DNA of 64,000 bases from NCBI GenBank assembly GCA_045632525.1, contig JAZQWV010000046.1, forward strand, positions 574 through 64,573. Reading direction: 5' to 3'. Positions 39,145-50,026 of the stretch are shown here, in pieces (position 1 is the first letter of the stretch; each line of letters begins with the position of its first letter). The stretch is from Candidatus Fimenecus sp. (GTDB lineage: Bacteria > Bacillota > Clostridia > Oscillospirales > Acutalibacteraceae). The translations under genes were made by a program, and so were the position numbers. The notes beneath the pieces were generated by a model. That model saw nothing but the letters and a program-made list of their open reading frames with translations. It was not told the DNA's origin and did not search any database.

Positions 39145-40265
39145 CTTGGGAATTTTCATTGCCTGTTAAAATTTATTTTGGAACAGATAAAATTAAAGAA
39201 TTGCCTAAAATTATTGAAGATTTCGGCTATAAAAGGGGAGTGCTTGTCTGCTCAAACACCCTTAAAAAGAATGGTGTTGCAGAGGGCATTATTAAAAACT
39301 CAAATGGCAGATTAGTGGCAGTTTTTAGTGATATAAGACCAAACCCAACAACGGATAATGTTAATGATTGCGTTAAGGTTTTAAGAGAAAATAACGCGGA
39401 TTTTGCCGTTGCTCTTGGTGGTGGCTCACCGATGGATTGTTGCAAGGCAGCTTGTGCAATTGCAAAAGGTGACGATATAATTGAAAGTTATCATACAGGT
39501 GGAAAACCCATAAATAAAGATGAAGTTATCCCAATGATTGCTGTTGCAACAACAAGTGGCACGGGTAGTGAAATCACAAATATTTCTGTACTTACAGATT
39601 TACAGAAAAATGTGAAATCTACAATGAATGACCCACTTATGTACCCAAAAGCTGCCATCGTTGACCCAAGACTTACATTGAGCGTACCACCACAAGTTAC
39701 TGCTTCAACGGGACTTGATGTGCTCGCTCACGCATTAGAAAGTGTGTGGAGCGTTTTGCACCAACCAATTTGTGAAAGTTGTTCAGTTCACGCTACAAAA
39801 TTGGTTTTTGAGTGGTTATATAAAGCATATTCTGAGCCTGATAATCTCTTGGCAAGAGAAAGAATGTCAGAGGCATCAATCGTTGCGGGGGTGGCATTTA
39901 GTAACCCAAGAACAGCAGGTAGCCACGCGTGTTCGTTCCCACTTACAAATCTTTATGGCGTACCACATGGTGAAGCCTGTGCAATGACACTTGATTTCTT
40001 CACAAGATATAATGCAGAAGCAGAAAATGGCAGACTCAATAAATTTGCCCGTGATTGTGGATTTGCAGACGCTTATGAATTAGCTGATGCAATCACAAAT
40101 CTTAAAAAGCAGATGGGAATGGCTTGCACTCTTACAGAAATAGGTGTTAAAACCGATGAAGAAATTGAAATACTTACAAAAATGAGTATGACACCACTTA
40201 TGGAGAGAAATATTATTCCACTCTCATACTACGATATAAAAAACATGTATATCTCAATGAAATAA
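39141..40265 (+). CDS. iron-containing alcohol dehydrogenase
   Basis: GGGSPMDCCKA and the HALES..W histidine motif. 4-nt overlap with the upstream gene. Confidence 0.85.
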   Translation: MTWEFSLPVKIYFGTDKIKELPKIIEDFGYKRGVLVCSNTLKKNGVAEGIIKNSNGRLVAVFSDIRPNPTTDNVNDCVKVLRENNADFAVALGGGSPMDCCKAACAIAKGDDIIESYHTGGKPINKDEVIPMIAVATTSGTGSEITNISVLTDLQKNVKSTMNDPLMYPKAAIVDPRLTLSVPPQVTASTGLDVLAHALESVWSVLHQPICESCSVHATKLVFEWLYKAYSEPDNLLARERMSEASIVAGVAFSNPRTAGSHACSFPLTNLYGVPHGEACAMTLDFFTRYNAEAENGRLNKFARDCGFADAYELADAITNLKKQMGMACTLTEIGVKTDEEIEILTKMSMTPLMERNIIPLSYYDIKNMYISMK

Positions 40266-40324
40266 TAGGAAAAAATTTCAATTAGAAATAGATTATTCAT
40301 ATTTTTGTGCTATAATAAAAAATA

Positions 40325-43300
40325 ATGTTTTTGCAAATGGGGTGTTGTGCTTTGAAAAACTTTGCAAATATAATAGTTAAGGGACACAAGGTAATTCTCG
40401 CATTGATGTTGGTTCTTTGTGTAGGCTGTGCATTGCTCATACCATCAGTTGAAATTAATACGGATATGACAAAATACTTGCCTGACGATTCTTCAATGAA
40501 ACAAGGCGTTGATGTGATGATGGAAGATTTCACAGCAATGGCAATGTCACAGACCATTAGGGTTATGTTTGAAGATTTGAGTCAGGACGAAGTCTATGCA
40601 ATTCGCAATCAACTTGAAAACATAGAATATGTTGACAGCGTTTCATATATTGAGGGTAGTGAAGATTACAATAAAGATAATTACACAAAATTTGTTGTGA
40701 ATACTTCATATACATATGGCTCACCTGAAGAGCTTTCAATTGAAAAAACAATCAAAGAACAGTTCAAAGATTATAAAATGAATTATTTGAATGATAACCC
40801 AAGCAGCATGGAATTACCTTGGATTATCATTGCAGTTGCTATTGTCATTCTATTTGTAATTCTCTTTTTAATGAGCAGTTCTTGGTTTGAACCTGTACTT
40901 TTTATGGCAACAATAGGTATTGCTATAGCTATAAATATGGGCACGAATATTGTGCTTGGTAGCGTTTCGCAGATTACAATGTCAATCGCAGCAATTTTGC
41001 AATTAGTTCTCTCAATGGACTATTCAATCATTCTTGCAAACCGTTATCGCCAAGAAAAACTCTTGTGTGACGATATTGAAGAAGCAATGAAAAATGCTTG
41101 GAAAAATGCATTTTCTTCAATTATGAGTAGTGGTATGACAACTGTTATCGGTCTTATTATGCTTGTGTTTATGAGCTTTAAGATTGGTATGGACTTAGGT
41201 CTTGTTCTTGCAAAAGGCGTTCTTTGCAGTATGATTTGTGTTCTTACTGTCTTACCTGCATTGTTGCTCATCTTTGATGAAAAAATTGAAGATACTGAAA
41301 AAGATGAATTGTCTTTACCAATGGGACTTTTATCAAAGGTGCAATATAAAGTAAGAAAACCATTGGCAGTATTCTTTGCTATTTTATTTGTGGTTACAGC
41401 ATTTTTACAAAATACAACAAAAATTGTTTATTCAATTTCGCCTGAAGACCCAATTGCAGATGTGTTCACACCAACAAATCCCGTTATTCTTCTCTATAAT
41501 AACGAAGACGAAGAAAATGCAGATAAAGTGATTAAAGAGTTTGAAAACAAAGATGTTGTTAAAAATGTTATGAGTTATTCAAACACTTTAGGTAAGAAAT
41601 TTACATCAAGTGGAATTATGTCCATGATTGATAATATGGGAATTCCAATGACTGTTGATGCATCACTTATTGATTTGGTTTATTATAGCTATTTTAATGG
41701 TAATAACACATTGCCGATGACAGTCAGTCAGGTAGTTAATTTCATTAAATACCAAGTGATGAGCAATGATATGTTCTCATCATTTATCAGCGGTGATATG
41801 CAAGAATCCGTTGATAAAATGGATATGTTTGCAAACCCACAAAACCTCACAACACCAATGACCGCTGAAGAAATTGCAAACAAATTCTCAATGGATGCAA
41901 AACAGGTTAAACAACTTATGGTGCTCTATTTTGGTGCAAAAGGTGGAGCGGATTGTGGAACAATGACTCTTCCTACTTTTTCTGATTTTGTTGTGAATGA
42001 GGTTTCAAAAAATCCAACATATTCATCAATGTTTGATGCTGAAACAAAAGAGCAACTCGGAATGCTCACAACATTCACCAACAAACAAACTGTAACAGAA
42101 AAAAGACATTATGACTCAATGTCTAAACTTATGGGTGTTGATGTTGAAAAGGTGAAGCTTTTCTATGCTTATCATAAGGTTTATTCACAAAATCCTGAAG
42201 TTGTTGACTATGAGCAGGTTATGTCAGAATATCTTGCAATGCAGTTTATCGGCAGTGAATACAAATTGTCAATTCAGGAGTTCGTGAATTTCATAGTTGA
42301 TAATAAAGAGATGATAGGCTCTGCAATGACTCCAGAAGATTTAGAAAAACTCACAATGGGTCATGAAATTATAAACGGAACAGTTGAAGGCAAGTCATAT
42401 TCACCTGAAACTTTGGCACAGGTGATGAATATGGAACCCACTCAACTCAAACAGCTTTATCTTCTTTATATTAGTGAACATGGCGATACAAGTGGTTGGA
42501 AAGTTTCAATTCAGAACTTCATTAACTTTATTATCAGCAATGTGTTACCAAATAAAGATTATGCTTCACAATTTCCGGCAGAAACTGCAAATATGCTCAA
42601 AGGTGTTAAAAAACTTATTGATGCAACAGTTTCAAATAAAGCATATTCATCATCAGAATTGGCTTCTATGTTTGGTGCTCTCACTGACCAGATAGACAGT
42701 AACACAATGGATTTGCTCTGTCTCTATTATTCAAGCACACAACAAACTGGTGGCGATTGGAAATTAACAATTGAAGAAATGTTTGATTATGTTTCAAATG
42801 ATATGCTCAACGACCCAAGATTTTCTGGTATGATTGATGGTGCAACTCGTCAAGAAATTTCCAATATGAAAACTAAACTTGATGACGCAATCAATCAACT
42901 TCTTGGTAAAAATCATTCACTTATGATGATTGAGACTTCACTTCCTGTTGAGTCAGCAGAAACAACAGCATTTATGGATGAACTTTCAGTTTTCTGTGGT
43001 GAAAATCTTCAGAAAGATTATTTCTTCATAGGCAACACTCCAATGAGCTATGAAATGGAACAGAGTTTTGATAAAGAATTGCTCTTTATAACATTACTCA
43101 CAGCAGTTGCAATCTTTATTGTTGTCGCGCTCACATTCCGCTCATTGTCAATTCCTGCAATTCTTGTGTTACTTGTTCAATGTGGTGTTTATCTCACAAT
43201 GACAGTTAACGGAATTATGGGATATAGCATTTATTATCTTGCATTGCTCATTGTTCAATGTATTCTGATGGGTGCTACAATCGACTATGCAATTTTGTTT

Positions 43301-43579
43301 ACAAATTATTATCGTGAAAGTCGAAAGACAATGGATATTAAAGATGCAATCAAGTCAGCCTATGAAGGCTCAATTCACACAATTCTCACATCGGGTCTTA
43401 TTATGGTTGTGGTTACGGGCGCAATTGGTTTTAGTCCTGTTGACCCAACAATCGGTCAAATTTGTCAAACAATTTCAATTGGCGCACTTTCGGCTATCTT
43501 ATTAATACTCTTTGTGTTACCTGGTCTTGTGGCAGCCCTTGATAAACTGACAAATAAACAAAAGAAAACAGATAAATAA
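40325..43579 (+). CDS. MMPL/RND-superfamily transporter with repeat-containing extracytoplasmic insert
   Basis: Two 5-6-TM bundles with MMPL-like motifs, separated by about 550 aa carrying five internal repeats. Start uncertain (40325/40337/40352). Confidence 0.7.
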   Translation: MFLQMGCCALKNFANIIVKGHKVILALMLVLCVGCALLIPSVEINTDMTKYLPDDSSMKQGVDVMMEDFTAMAMSQTIRVMFEDLSQDEVYAIRNQLENIEYVDSVSYIEGSEDYNKDNYTKFVVNTSYTYGSPEELSIEKTIKEQFKDYKMNYLNDNPSSMELPWIIIAVAIVILFVILFLMSSSWFEPVLFMATIGIAIAINMGTNIVLGSVSQITMSIAAILQLVLSMDYSIILANRYRQEKLLCDDIEEAMKNAWKNAFSSIMSSGMTTVIGLIMLVFMSFKIGMDLGLVLAKGVLCSMICVLTVLPALLLIFDEKIEDTEKDELSLPMGLLSKVQYKVRKPLAVFFAILFVVTAFLQNTTKIVYSISPEDPIADVFTPTNPVILLYNNEDEENADKVIKEFENKDVVKNVMSYSNTLGKKFTSSGIMSMIDNMGIPMTVDASLIDLVYYSYFNGNNTLPMTVSQVVNFIKYQVMSNDMFSSFISGDMQESVDKMDMFANPQNLTTPMTAEEIANKFSMDAKQVKQLMVLYFGAKGGADCGTMTLPTFSDFVVNEVSKNPTYSSMFDAETKEQLGMLTTFTNKQTVTEKRHYDSMSKLMGVDVEKVKLFYAYHKVYSQNPEVVDYEQVMSEYLAMQFIGSEYKLSIQEFVNFIVDNKEMIGSAMTPEDLEKLTMGHEIINGTVEGKSYSPETLAQVMNMEPTQLKQLYLLYISEHGDTSGWKVSIQNFINFIISNVLPNKDYASQFPAETANMLKGVKKLIDATVSNKAYSSSELASMFGALTDQIDSNTMDLLCLYYSSTQQTGGDWKLTIEEMFDYVSNDMLNDPRFSGMIDGATRQEISNMKTKLDDAINQLLGKNHSLMMIETSLPVESAETTAFMDELSVFCGENLQKDYFFIGNTPMSYEMEQSFDKELLFITLLTAVAIFIVVALTFRSLSIPAILVLLVQCGVYLTMTVNGIMGYSIYYLALLIVQCILMGATIDYAILFTNYYRESRKTMDIKDAIKSAYEGSIHTILTSGLIMVVVTGAIGFSPVDPTIGQICQTISIGALSAILLILFVLPGLVAALDKLTNKQKKTDK

Positions 43580-43587
43580 ACTAAAAT

Positions 43588-43626
43588 AAAAAAGCAGTTT
43601 GATTTTTTTCAAACTGCTTTTTTTTA
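43588..43626. terminator. bidirectional stem-loop
   Basis: AAAAGCAGTTTG-loop-CAAACTGCTTTT. Confidence 0.6.
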
Positions 43627-44490
43627 ATCTTCTACCATGTTTTTAATCTTTTGTGGAATAGACAAGTCAATAAAATTATAAAATTTTCTTGCATTTTCAC
43701 CTAAAATAAGTTTTTTGTTTTCTTCGCTGATTTTATCTGTTTTTTCTATAAAATCAAGGCTCATTTTATAAGTGATTGCAGTCATAGTGCGTGGATAATC
43801 ACTACCCCACATTAATTTTTCAAATCCAACAAGATTTGCCGATTCAATAATAGCCTCAATAGCAGAAGGGTAGGGGTAAAACTCAGAATTAAAAAGCCAA
43901 GTTATTCCACCACTTTCAATGAATACATTATTATTTTTTGCAAGTTTAATTTGCTCGAGCCAATCTTCACGAGTAACCATTCCAAAATGACCAATAGCTA
44001 TTTTAAGGTCGGGGAACATATCTATAATTTTCTGCATCATTTCTGTCTGCTCGTCACCGTCAGCTAAATCAATTGAAATGAACTTGCCATTTTCGTTTGC
44101 CACTTTGAAAGGCTCAATGTGATTAAGCAAGTTTTTGTCAGCAAGTCGTCCTGCACAGATTTTAATTCCGTCAAAATTCGATATGTCACCAAGTGGCTTT
44201 TCTTCATATAAAGCACAGATTTTAATTCTGTCACTTTTGCAAGTAAGCAAATATTCGTCTTGATTACCGTCGATATACTCTTGTGTAATTACAGCGCCCG
44301 AAACACCTGCATAATCCATATTAGCGAGAAAGCGTTCAACTGTATTTTCACCATCTGTCATATATGGCGGCATCATTTGTTTGATTTCACCACCAAAATC
44401 ACTCTTGCCACCACCGATGTCATAAACAGGCTTGCCGTTGACAATGCCTTGTTGTTTTTTCCATAAATGAGCGTGTGCATCAATAATCAT
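43624..44490 (-). CDS. amidohydrolase-2 family metal hydrolase
   Basis: MIIDAHAHLW. GSDYP near the C-terminus. Confidence 0.75.
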   Translation of the reverse strand: MIIDAHAHLWKKQQGIVNGKPVYDIGGGKSDFGGEIKQMMPPYMTDGENTVERFLANMDYAGVSGAVITQEYIDGNQDEYLLTCKSDRIKICALYEEKPLGDISNFDGIKICAGRLADKNLLNHIEPFKVANENGKFISIDLADGDEQTEMMQKIIDMFPDLKIAIGHFGMVTREDWLEQIKLAKNNNVFIESGGITWLFNSEFYPYPSAIEAIIESANLVGFEKLMWGSDYPRTMTAITYKMSLDFIEKTDKISEENKKLILGENARKFYNFIDLSIPQKIKNMVED

Positions 44491-45860
44491 AATGTTACAC
44501 CGTCCTTAAATATTGCGATTTCACGGTTACCCTGAATCTCATTTTTAGTTAGTTCACCATCTGCAATTCTTTTTATTAAGTCCAATAATTCATTTGCTTT
44601 TCCTTGCTTGTCAAACCCAAAAGCAGAATAGTCAATCCAATGGCTCTTTTTGGTTGCAATGTTGTCATTTGACGCTATTTTTATTGTGGGTACAGGTCCA
44701 CCAAGGGGAGTGCCTCTACCGGTTGTAAACAATACAATATGACAACCAACTGCAGAGAGATTTGTGATTGAAACAATATCATTACCGGGACCATTGAGAA
44801 GATTAAGCCCTGATTTGGTGAGAGTGTCGCCATAACTTAATACATCAACAACGGGTGCACTTCCACCTTTTTGCACACAACCAAGAGATTTTTCTTCTAA
44901 AGTGGTTATTCCACCTTCCTTATTACCCGGTGATGGATTTTCAGAAACAGGCTCGCCATGGTCTTTGAAATATTGCTTGAAATTGTTAATAAGCTTTACA
45001 CTCTTATCAAACACTTCTTTATTTATGCATCTGTCAAAAAGCACGGTTTCTGCGCCAAACATTTCAGGCACTTCAGTAAGCACCGCAGTGCCACCCATTG
45101 CGCAGATTTCGTCAGTGACTAAACCGCAAACTGCATTTGCAGTAATACCTGAAAAACCGTCAGAGCCACCACATTTAAGACCAAGTTTAAGTTTTGAAAC
45201 AGGCACTTCTTCACGCTTGTCGTTAGATGCGTTTTGCTTTAATTCTTCAATAAGTGCAATACCTTGTGCCAATTCGTCTTCACAGTCTTGTACTGATAAG
45301 AATTTAACTCTTTGCTCATTCCAAGTGCCAAGCACTTTTTTCATTTCAGGAATATTGTTGTTTTCACAACCAAGACCTAAAACAAGAACACCACCTGCGT
45401 TGGGGTGATTAATAAGCCCACGAAGAATAAGTTGAGTAACTGTCATATCATCACCCAACTGACTGCAACCATAAGGGTGTGAAAAATGAATAGCACCTGT
45501 TTTTTCGGAAAGTTGCTTTGCAATACTGTTAACACAACCAACTGTTGGCACAATCCAGATGTCATTTCGAATACCAATGTTACCGTTTTCGCGGACATAA
45601 GCATTAATTGTAAATGGCTCTTTTGGTGATAACTCTTCAAAATTCGGCTTGTATTCATAAGAAAGAATGTCACCTAGTTTTGTTTTCATGTTGTGAGAAT
45701 GAACAGAGTCACCCTTTTTAATGTTTTCAGTAGCAATGCCAATAGGGTAGCCATATTTAATAATATCAGCACCTTTTTCTATGTCACAAATTGCAATTTT
45801 GTGTCCAGTTTCAAGGTTTACGCAAACATTATCTTTTTCATTTATTGTGATACAATCCAT
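44487..45860 (-). CDS. uxaA: altronate/galactarate dehydratase family (UxaA)
   Basis: SAF-like N-terminus and a GCENN-type conserved core. ATGA overlap with the downstream gene. Confidence 0.75.
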   Translation of the reverse strand: MDCITINEKDNVCVNLETGHKIAICDIEKGADIIKYGYPIGIATENIKKGDSVHSHNMKTKLGDILSYEYKPNFEELSPKEPFTINAYVRENGNIGIRNDIWIVPTVGCVNSIAKQLSEKTGAIHFSHPYGCSQLGDDMTVTQLILRGLINHPNAGGVLVLGLGCENNNIPEMKKVLGTWNEQRVKFLSVQDCEDELAQGIALIEELKQNASNDKREEVPVSKLKLGLKCGGSDGFSGITANAVCGLVTDEICAMGGTAVLTEVPEMFGAETVLFDRCINKEVFDKSVKLINNFKQYFKDHGEPVSENPSPGNKEGGITTLEEKSLGCVQKGGSAPVVDVLSYGDTLTKSGLNLLNGPGNDIVSITNLSAVGCHIVLFTTGRGTPLGGPVPTIKIASNDNIATKKSHWIDYSAFGFDKQGKANELLDLIKRIADGELTKNEIQGNREIAIFKDGVTL

Positions 45861-47158
45861 TTCATTGTTTCCTTTGCACCAAGAGTGTCAATTTTATCGT
45901 AATATTCAGTAATAATTTCTGTCATACATGAAAGGTCATTTTGCCATAATGATGTGTTCGCGAGAATGTCTTTGATACTGTCATTTTTCATTGTTTCAAC
46001 AACATCTTTTGCATCATCGGGAGTGTCGTTTTTATAGAAATAAATAAGATTTGCCAAAGCCAATGAAAGTCTTTTTGGATATTCACCGTTTTTCTCTTTA
46101 TATTCCAATAAAGTTGGCAAAACACGAACTGAAAATTTGCTCACTGAATTAAGTGCAATTGAACGCCATTTGTGTGCGATAAATGGGTTTTTAAATCTGT
46201 CAAACACAGCGTCAGCAAATGCAATGCTCTCGTCATTTTCACCGATAGTTGGCAAAATTTCTTCTTTCATACATTTGTTAAGGAATAATGAAGTAACATT
46301 ATCATTCATTGCTTCGCCAACAGTTTCAATTCCTGAAAGCAATGCACCTGCAACGAGAGATGTGTGAGCACCGTTGAGAATTCTCACTTTAATTTTCTTA
46401 TAAGGTTTTGCGTCATCTGTCCAGATTACATTGAAACCTGCTTCTTTGAGTGGGAATTCTTCTTCAAAATCACCTTCAATAACCCAAAGGTGGAAGATTT
46501 CAGCAGTATCAAGGAATTTGTCGTCGGGGTGCGCATCCTTTGTCTCATCGTTAGGATAACCTGTAACAATTCTGTCAACGAGAGTGTTAACAAAATGATT
46601 TTCGGTTTCTAACCAAGTAACAAACTCTGCTTCTAAATTCCAAAGTTTTGCATATTTTAAAACGCATTTTTTAAGCTCTGCACCATTGTTATCAATCAAC
46701 TCACAAGGAAGTAAAATAAAGCCCTTTAAACCGTTTTTAAAGCGTCTGTAAAGCAACTGTGTAAGCTTTGCAGGGAAAGAGAGTGCAGGTGTATCATCAA
46801 ACTTGCAAGAGTCAACAAATTCAATACCCGCTTCAGTTGTATTTGATACAATAAAACGGAAATCAGGGTTATCAGCAAGCGCTAAATAACCATCAAAATC
46901 TTTATAAGGGTCAATACATCTTGAAACAGATTCAATAAATGTATGCTCTTTCACGATTTCACCGTTTTGAATACCCCTTAAATAAAGGTTGTATTTGCAG
47001 TCTTGCTCATTCAAAAGGCCACATTTGCCACCAACTCGTGGCTGAATAATAACTGCTTTTCCGTCATAAAGACCTTTTTCATTCATCTTTTGAAGAAAAT
47101 AGTTGAAAAATCCACGAAGAAAATTACCTTCACCGAATTGAATTACAGTTTCTTTCAT
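45842..47158 (-). CDS. uxaB: tagaturonate reductase (mannitol dehydrogenase family)
   Basis: VIQFGEGNFLRGF N-terminal signature. ATG 47158 after GGTGA. Confidence 0.75.
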   Translation of the reverse strand: MKETVIQFGEGNFLRGFFNYFLQKMNEKGLYDGKAVIIQPRVGGKCGLLNEQDCKYNLYLRGIQNGEIVKEHTFIESVSRCIDPYKDFDGYLALADNPDFRFIVSNTTEAGIEFVDSCKFDDTPALSFPAKLTQLLYRRFKNGLKGFILLPCELIDNNGAELKKCVLKYAKLWNLEAEFVTWLETENHFVNTLVDRIVTGYPNDETKDAHPDDKFLDTAEIFHLWVIEGDFEEEFPLKEAGFNVIWTDDAKPYKKIKVRILNGAHTSLVAGALLSGIETVGEAMNDNVTSLFLNKCMKEEILPTIGENDESIAFADAVFDRFKNPFIAHKWRSIALNSVSKFSVRVLPTLLEYKEKNGEYPKRLSLALANLIYFYKNDTPDDAKDVVETMKNDSIKDILANTSLWQNDLSCMTEIITEYYDKIDTLGAKETMKWIVSQ

Positions 47159-47159
47159 T

Positions 47160-48179
47160 TTAGTCACCAATTTTTATAAGAAGTTTTGCAAGTGTACCAT
47201 CATTGTTAGCAAGCGCTTTAAACGCATCAAGAGCATTATCCATATCATAAATGCCACTAACCATTTTCATAGGGTCTGCTTTTTTGTTTGCAACAATATC
47301 AATTAAGTTGATAAAGTCGTCTTTGAGAGCATTACGACTTCCGTGAATATTTAATTCTTTTTTGAGAATGATTGAGTGAATAAAGCTTGTTTCACGCTTG
47401 CCGTTACCGATAAGAATGATGTTAGCAGCAAAAGCAGCATTGTCGATACAACCCAAGAATGTTTCAGGTGCACCACAAGCCTCAATGCAAACATCAAAGC
47501 CGTTGCCGTTTGTGAATTCTTTTGTGAATTCTTCTAAAGACTGATTTTTAGTGTTAACAACTGCATCTGCGCCGTATTCTGTTGCAAGTGAAAGACGGTT
47601 GTCAAGAATGTCTGCCACAACAATTTTGTTGCATTTCTGCTTTGCTGCAAGAAGAGCAAAAAGACCAATAGGACCTGCACCAATAACAAGCACATTGTCA
47701 GTTTCTTTGATAGTTGCGCGAGATACTGCGTGCTGTGAAATTGCAAAAGGCTCAATAAGTGCCAATTCCTGTGCTGAAAGACCTTTGCCGTCATAAATTC
47801 TTTCAATTGGCATTGAAATATATTCACAGAAAGCACCGTCACGCTGAACACCCATTGTCTGATTATCCGTACAGCAGTTTACAAAGCCACGCTCACAAGA
47901 ATAGCAAGTGCCACAGTTGAAATATGGATTACAAGTAACAATATCACCAACATTTAAACCCTTATCGTTTTCAGGAATACTTATAATCTCTGCTGAAAAC
48001 TCATGACCTGGAATTCTAGGGTATGTTGTGAATGGTTGGTTACCTGTGAATGATGCCACATCTGCACCGCAAATACCAACATATTTAACTTTCAAAAGTG
48101 CTTCTCCTTCTTTTACTTCGGGCATTGGCACTTCACGAATTTCAATTTCATTTGGATTAGAAATAACAATAGCTTTCAT
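47160..48179 (-). CDS. zinc-dependent MDR alcohol/polyol dehydrogenase
   Basis: GICGADV, GHEFSAE, C..C..C..C structural-zinc loop, GAGPIG. Confidence 0.85.
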   Translation of the reverse strand: MKAIVISNPNEIEIREVPMPEVKEGEALLKVKYVGICGADVASFTGNQPFTTYPRIPGHEFSAEIISIPENDKGLNVGDIVTCNPYFNCGTCYSCERGFVNCCTDNQTMGVQRDGAFCEYISMPIERIYDGKGLSAQELALIEPFAISQHAVSRATIKETDNVLVIGAGPIGLFALLAAKQKCNKIVVADILDNRLSLATEYGADAVVNTKNQSLEEFTKEFTNGNGFDVCIEACGAPETFLGCIDNAAFAANIILIGNGKRETSFIHSIILKKELNIHGSRNALKDDFINLIDIVANKKADPMKMVSGIYDMDNALDAFKALANNDGTLAKLLIKIGD

Positions 48180-48181
48180 TT

Positions 48182-49387
48182 TTATTTGTCCTCTTCAATA
48201 TAATTTTTGTCCCAGATAACACCAGTTTTCAGTGGTGCACCTTTGCAGAATATCTTGTTTTCATAAGCATCTAATGGGTCTTTGATAAACTCGTCTTTAT
48301 CGATTAACTCAACAACTTCATCATAACGAGAGTCAACAAGTACTTCGATAGCTTTTTCCATGTGAGACTGACGGAAGTTGATTGATGCAAAAATGAGATG
48401 ATTTTCAAAACCAAATGGCATTGTGTCATAAGACACCACAGGACCTAATGAGAAACTGTTATAAATGCCGTTGCAACCAAGCACTTTATGTTGGAATGCG
48501 ATTCTGTGTTCAACATTGCTACCACTTGTGCCAACGAACATTGTTGCTCGTCCACCAATTTTTTCAATAATCTTTTGTGCTGTTTCTTCTTCAGTAAAAC
48601 CACTTGTGCAAAGATAATCTGCACCTGCAATCTCTTTTGAAAATACTACCTTTTTGCAGTTTTCATCACTTCTGCCAACAAACAAAATTTGTGCGTCAGG
48701 GTGATTTCTCTTAATCTGGTCTGCGATGAAAAGTCCTGTCATACCAAGACCGAAAACAACTGTTTTTGAGAAAATATTGTCTTTTGCAAGTTTTCTCGCC
48801 TCTGCTTCAGAGCAATTGTGCTTAGCCATTTCTACTCTGAAATTCTGTGCTTCACCAAGGTCTTCCATTCGCTCAAGTTGGAAGATAGCACAAGCATAAG
48901 GGTCTGCAAATGATAATTTTTTCGCAACGGATAAAGGCAATTTTTGAAGCCTTTCATATTTTTCTGGTAAGTGAAGAAGCATATCGGGGTTAAAATAATT
49001 CTTATCACAGAAAAGTCCGTCTGCTTTATCGCAACCATATTCAAAATATGTCTCATCTTCGGTATAACGGGTGGGGTCATAACTATCACCACCACGGATA
49101 AGCACAATAGCGAAACGATTTTCACTTGGCACCCAAACAACACCTTCGTGACCGTTGATAAGTCTGTTTTCACCTTTAGGGAATTTCGCTGAAAGTTTAT
49201 TATCTCTACCCATTTTCATAAGCTCAAAGTCTGTGCCACAGAAACCTTGAAAAACAGGATGAGCTTCAATGCCTTTATATAATGGCTCACCACGAAGTCT
49301 TTGTCTTTCGGGATTTATTAAATTAATTTCGCCATATTTAATAGGCAAATCCTTGTCATTTTGAAAATATGTACCATAAGTTTTCAT
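48182..49387 (-). CDS. MDR-like dehydrogenase (glucose-dehydrogenase-like), function unclear
   Basis: FCGTDFEL and GLGMTG Rossmann motifs. ATG 49387 (MKTYG), 9 nt after AAGGA. Confidence 0.45.
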   Translation of the reverse strand: MKTYGTYFQNDKDLPIKYGEINLINPERQRLRGEPLYKGIEAHPVFQGFCGTDFELMKMGRDNKLSAKFPKGENRLINGHEGVVWVPSENRFAIVLIRGGDSYDPTRYTEDETYFEYGCDKADGLFCDKNYFNPDMLLHLPEKYERLQKLPLSVAKKLSFADPYACAIFQLERMEDLGEAQNFRVEMAKHNCSEAEARKLAKDNIFSKTVVFGLGMTGLFIADQIKRNHPDAQILFVGRSDENCKKVVFSKEIAGADYLCTSGFTEEETAQKIIEKIGGRATMFVGTSGSNVEHRIAFQHKVLGCNGIYNSFSLGPVVSYDTMPFGFENHLIFASINFRQSHMEKAIEVLVDSRYDEVVELIDKDEFIKDPLDAYENKIFCKGAPLKTGVIWDKNYIEEDK

Positions 49388-49467
49388 TAAAATCATTCCT
49401 TTTCATAGCAATGAAAATATACACAGACATTATATCACTCTAATATATCAAATACAATATTTAACAA

Positions 49468-49507
49468 TAAAAAAACGAGTTCACACAAAAGTGTGAACTC
49501 GTTTTTT
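49468..49507 (-). terminator. terminator of the disrupted host tRNA-Leu gene
   Basis: AACGAGTTCACAC-aaaa-GTGTGAACTCGTT with a T-run on the minus strand, immediately 3' of the tRNA CCA end. Confidence 0.65.
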
Positions 49508-49561
49508 TGGTGCGGGTAACAGGACTTGAACCTGCAAGTCTTGCGACACATGAACCTGAAT
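49508..49561 (-). pseudogene. 3' half of host tRNA-Leu(CAG): anticodon loop to CCA (attL of island 2)
   Basis: Minus strand reads ATTCAGGT-TCATG-TGTCGCAAGACTT-GCAGGTTCAAGTCCTGT-TACCCGC-ACCA. No 5' half is adjacent. Confidence 0.8.
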
Positions 49562-49706
49562 TTTATAAATAGGTGTGCCGATGAGTTCCTACGAGTTCCT
49601 TACGGTCCCCTGTTAAACCCTTTATTTATGCGGGTTTTTCGACCAAAATCGCCATAAAGCCACTAACCGTGCGCCCTGCACGGTTTTTCTCATTTTTCGG
49701 ATGTTT

Positions 49707-49750
49707 GTTAGAACGATTTTAGAAGCGTTTTATTAGAACATAGTTCTAAC
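49707..49750. promoter_or_regulatory. cluster of GTTAGAAC motifs (candidate integrase arm sites, left arm)
   Basis: GTTAGAAC, TTAGAAG, TTAGAAC, GTTCTAAC within 44 bp. Confidence 0.4.
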
Positions 49751-49892
49751 GTATCCTTTTACCTTGTCGGATTTTGAATTGTTTGAAATATAAAAAATTT
49801 TTTGATTCGGCTATGTAAGGCTATGGTATGGTTATGTATTTTTATAGCAAGGAAATCCCTTGATATAAAGGCTTTTGAGCCTCTTTGAGCGA

Positions 49893-49921
49893 TTGACAAG
49901 GAGTGTCGAATATTGTATAAT
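49893..49921 (+). promoter_or_regulatory. consensus promoter of the toxin mRNA
   Basis: TTGACA, 17 nt, TGTATAAT (extended -10). Confidence 0.65.
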
Positions 49922-50026
49922 ATGGATGGTGCTTCGCACCCTTAGAGGCTACCATAACGGTAGGCGGTTAGCCCTTCTTTACTAAGGAGGGGCACTTTTC
50001 CCTCCTAAATGAAAGGAGGGGTGCCA

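Noticed and set aside
44902-45408. 168-aa plus-strand ORF inside uxaA, and similar antisense ORFs (for example 28534-28935, 16540-16908, 21092-21412, 2053-2373)
   Set aside because: These are shadow ORFs fully nested opposite well-supported genes. They have Ser/Leu/Phe/Cys-rich composition and no RBS.
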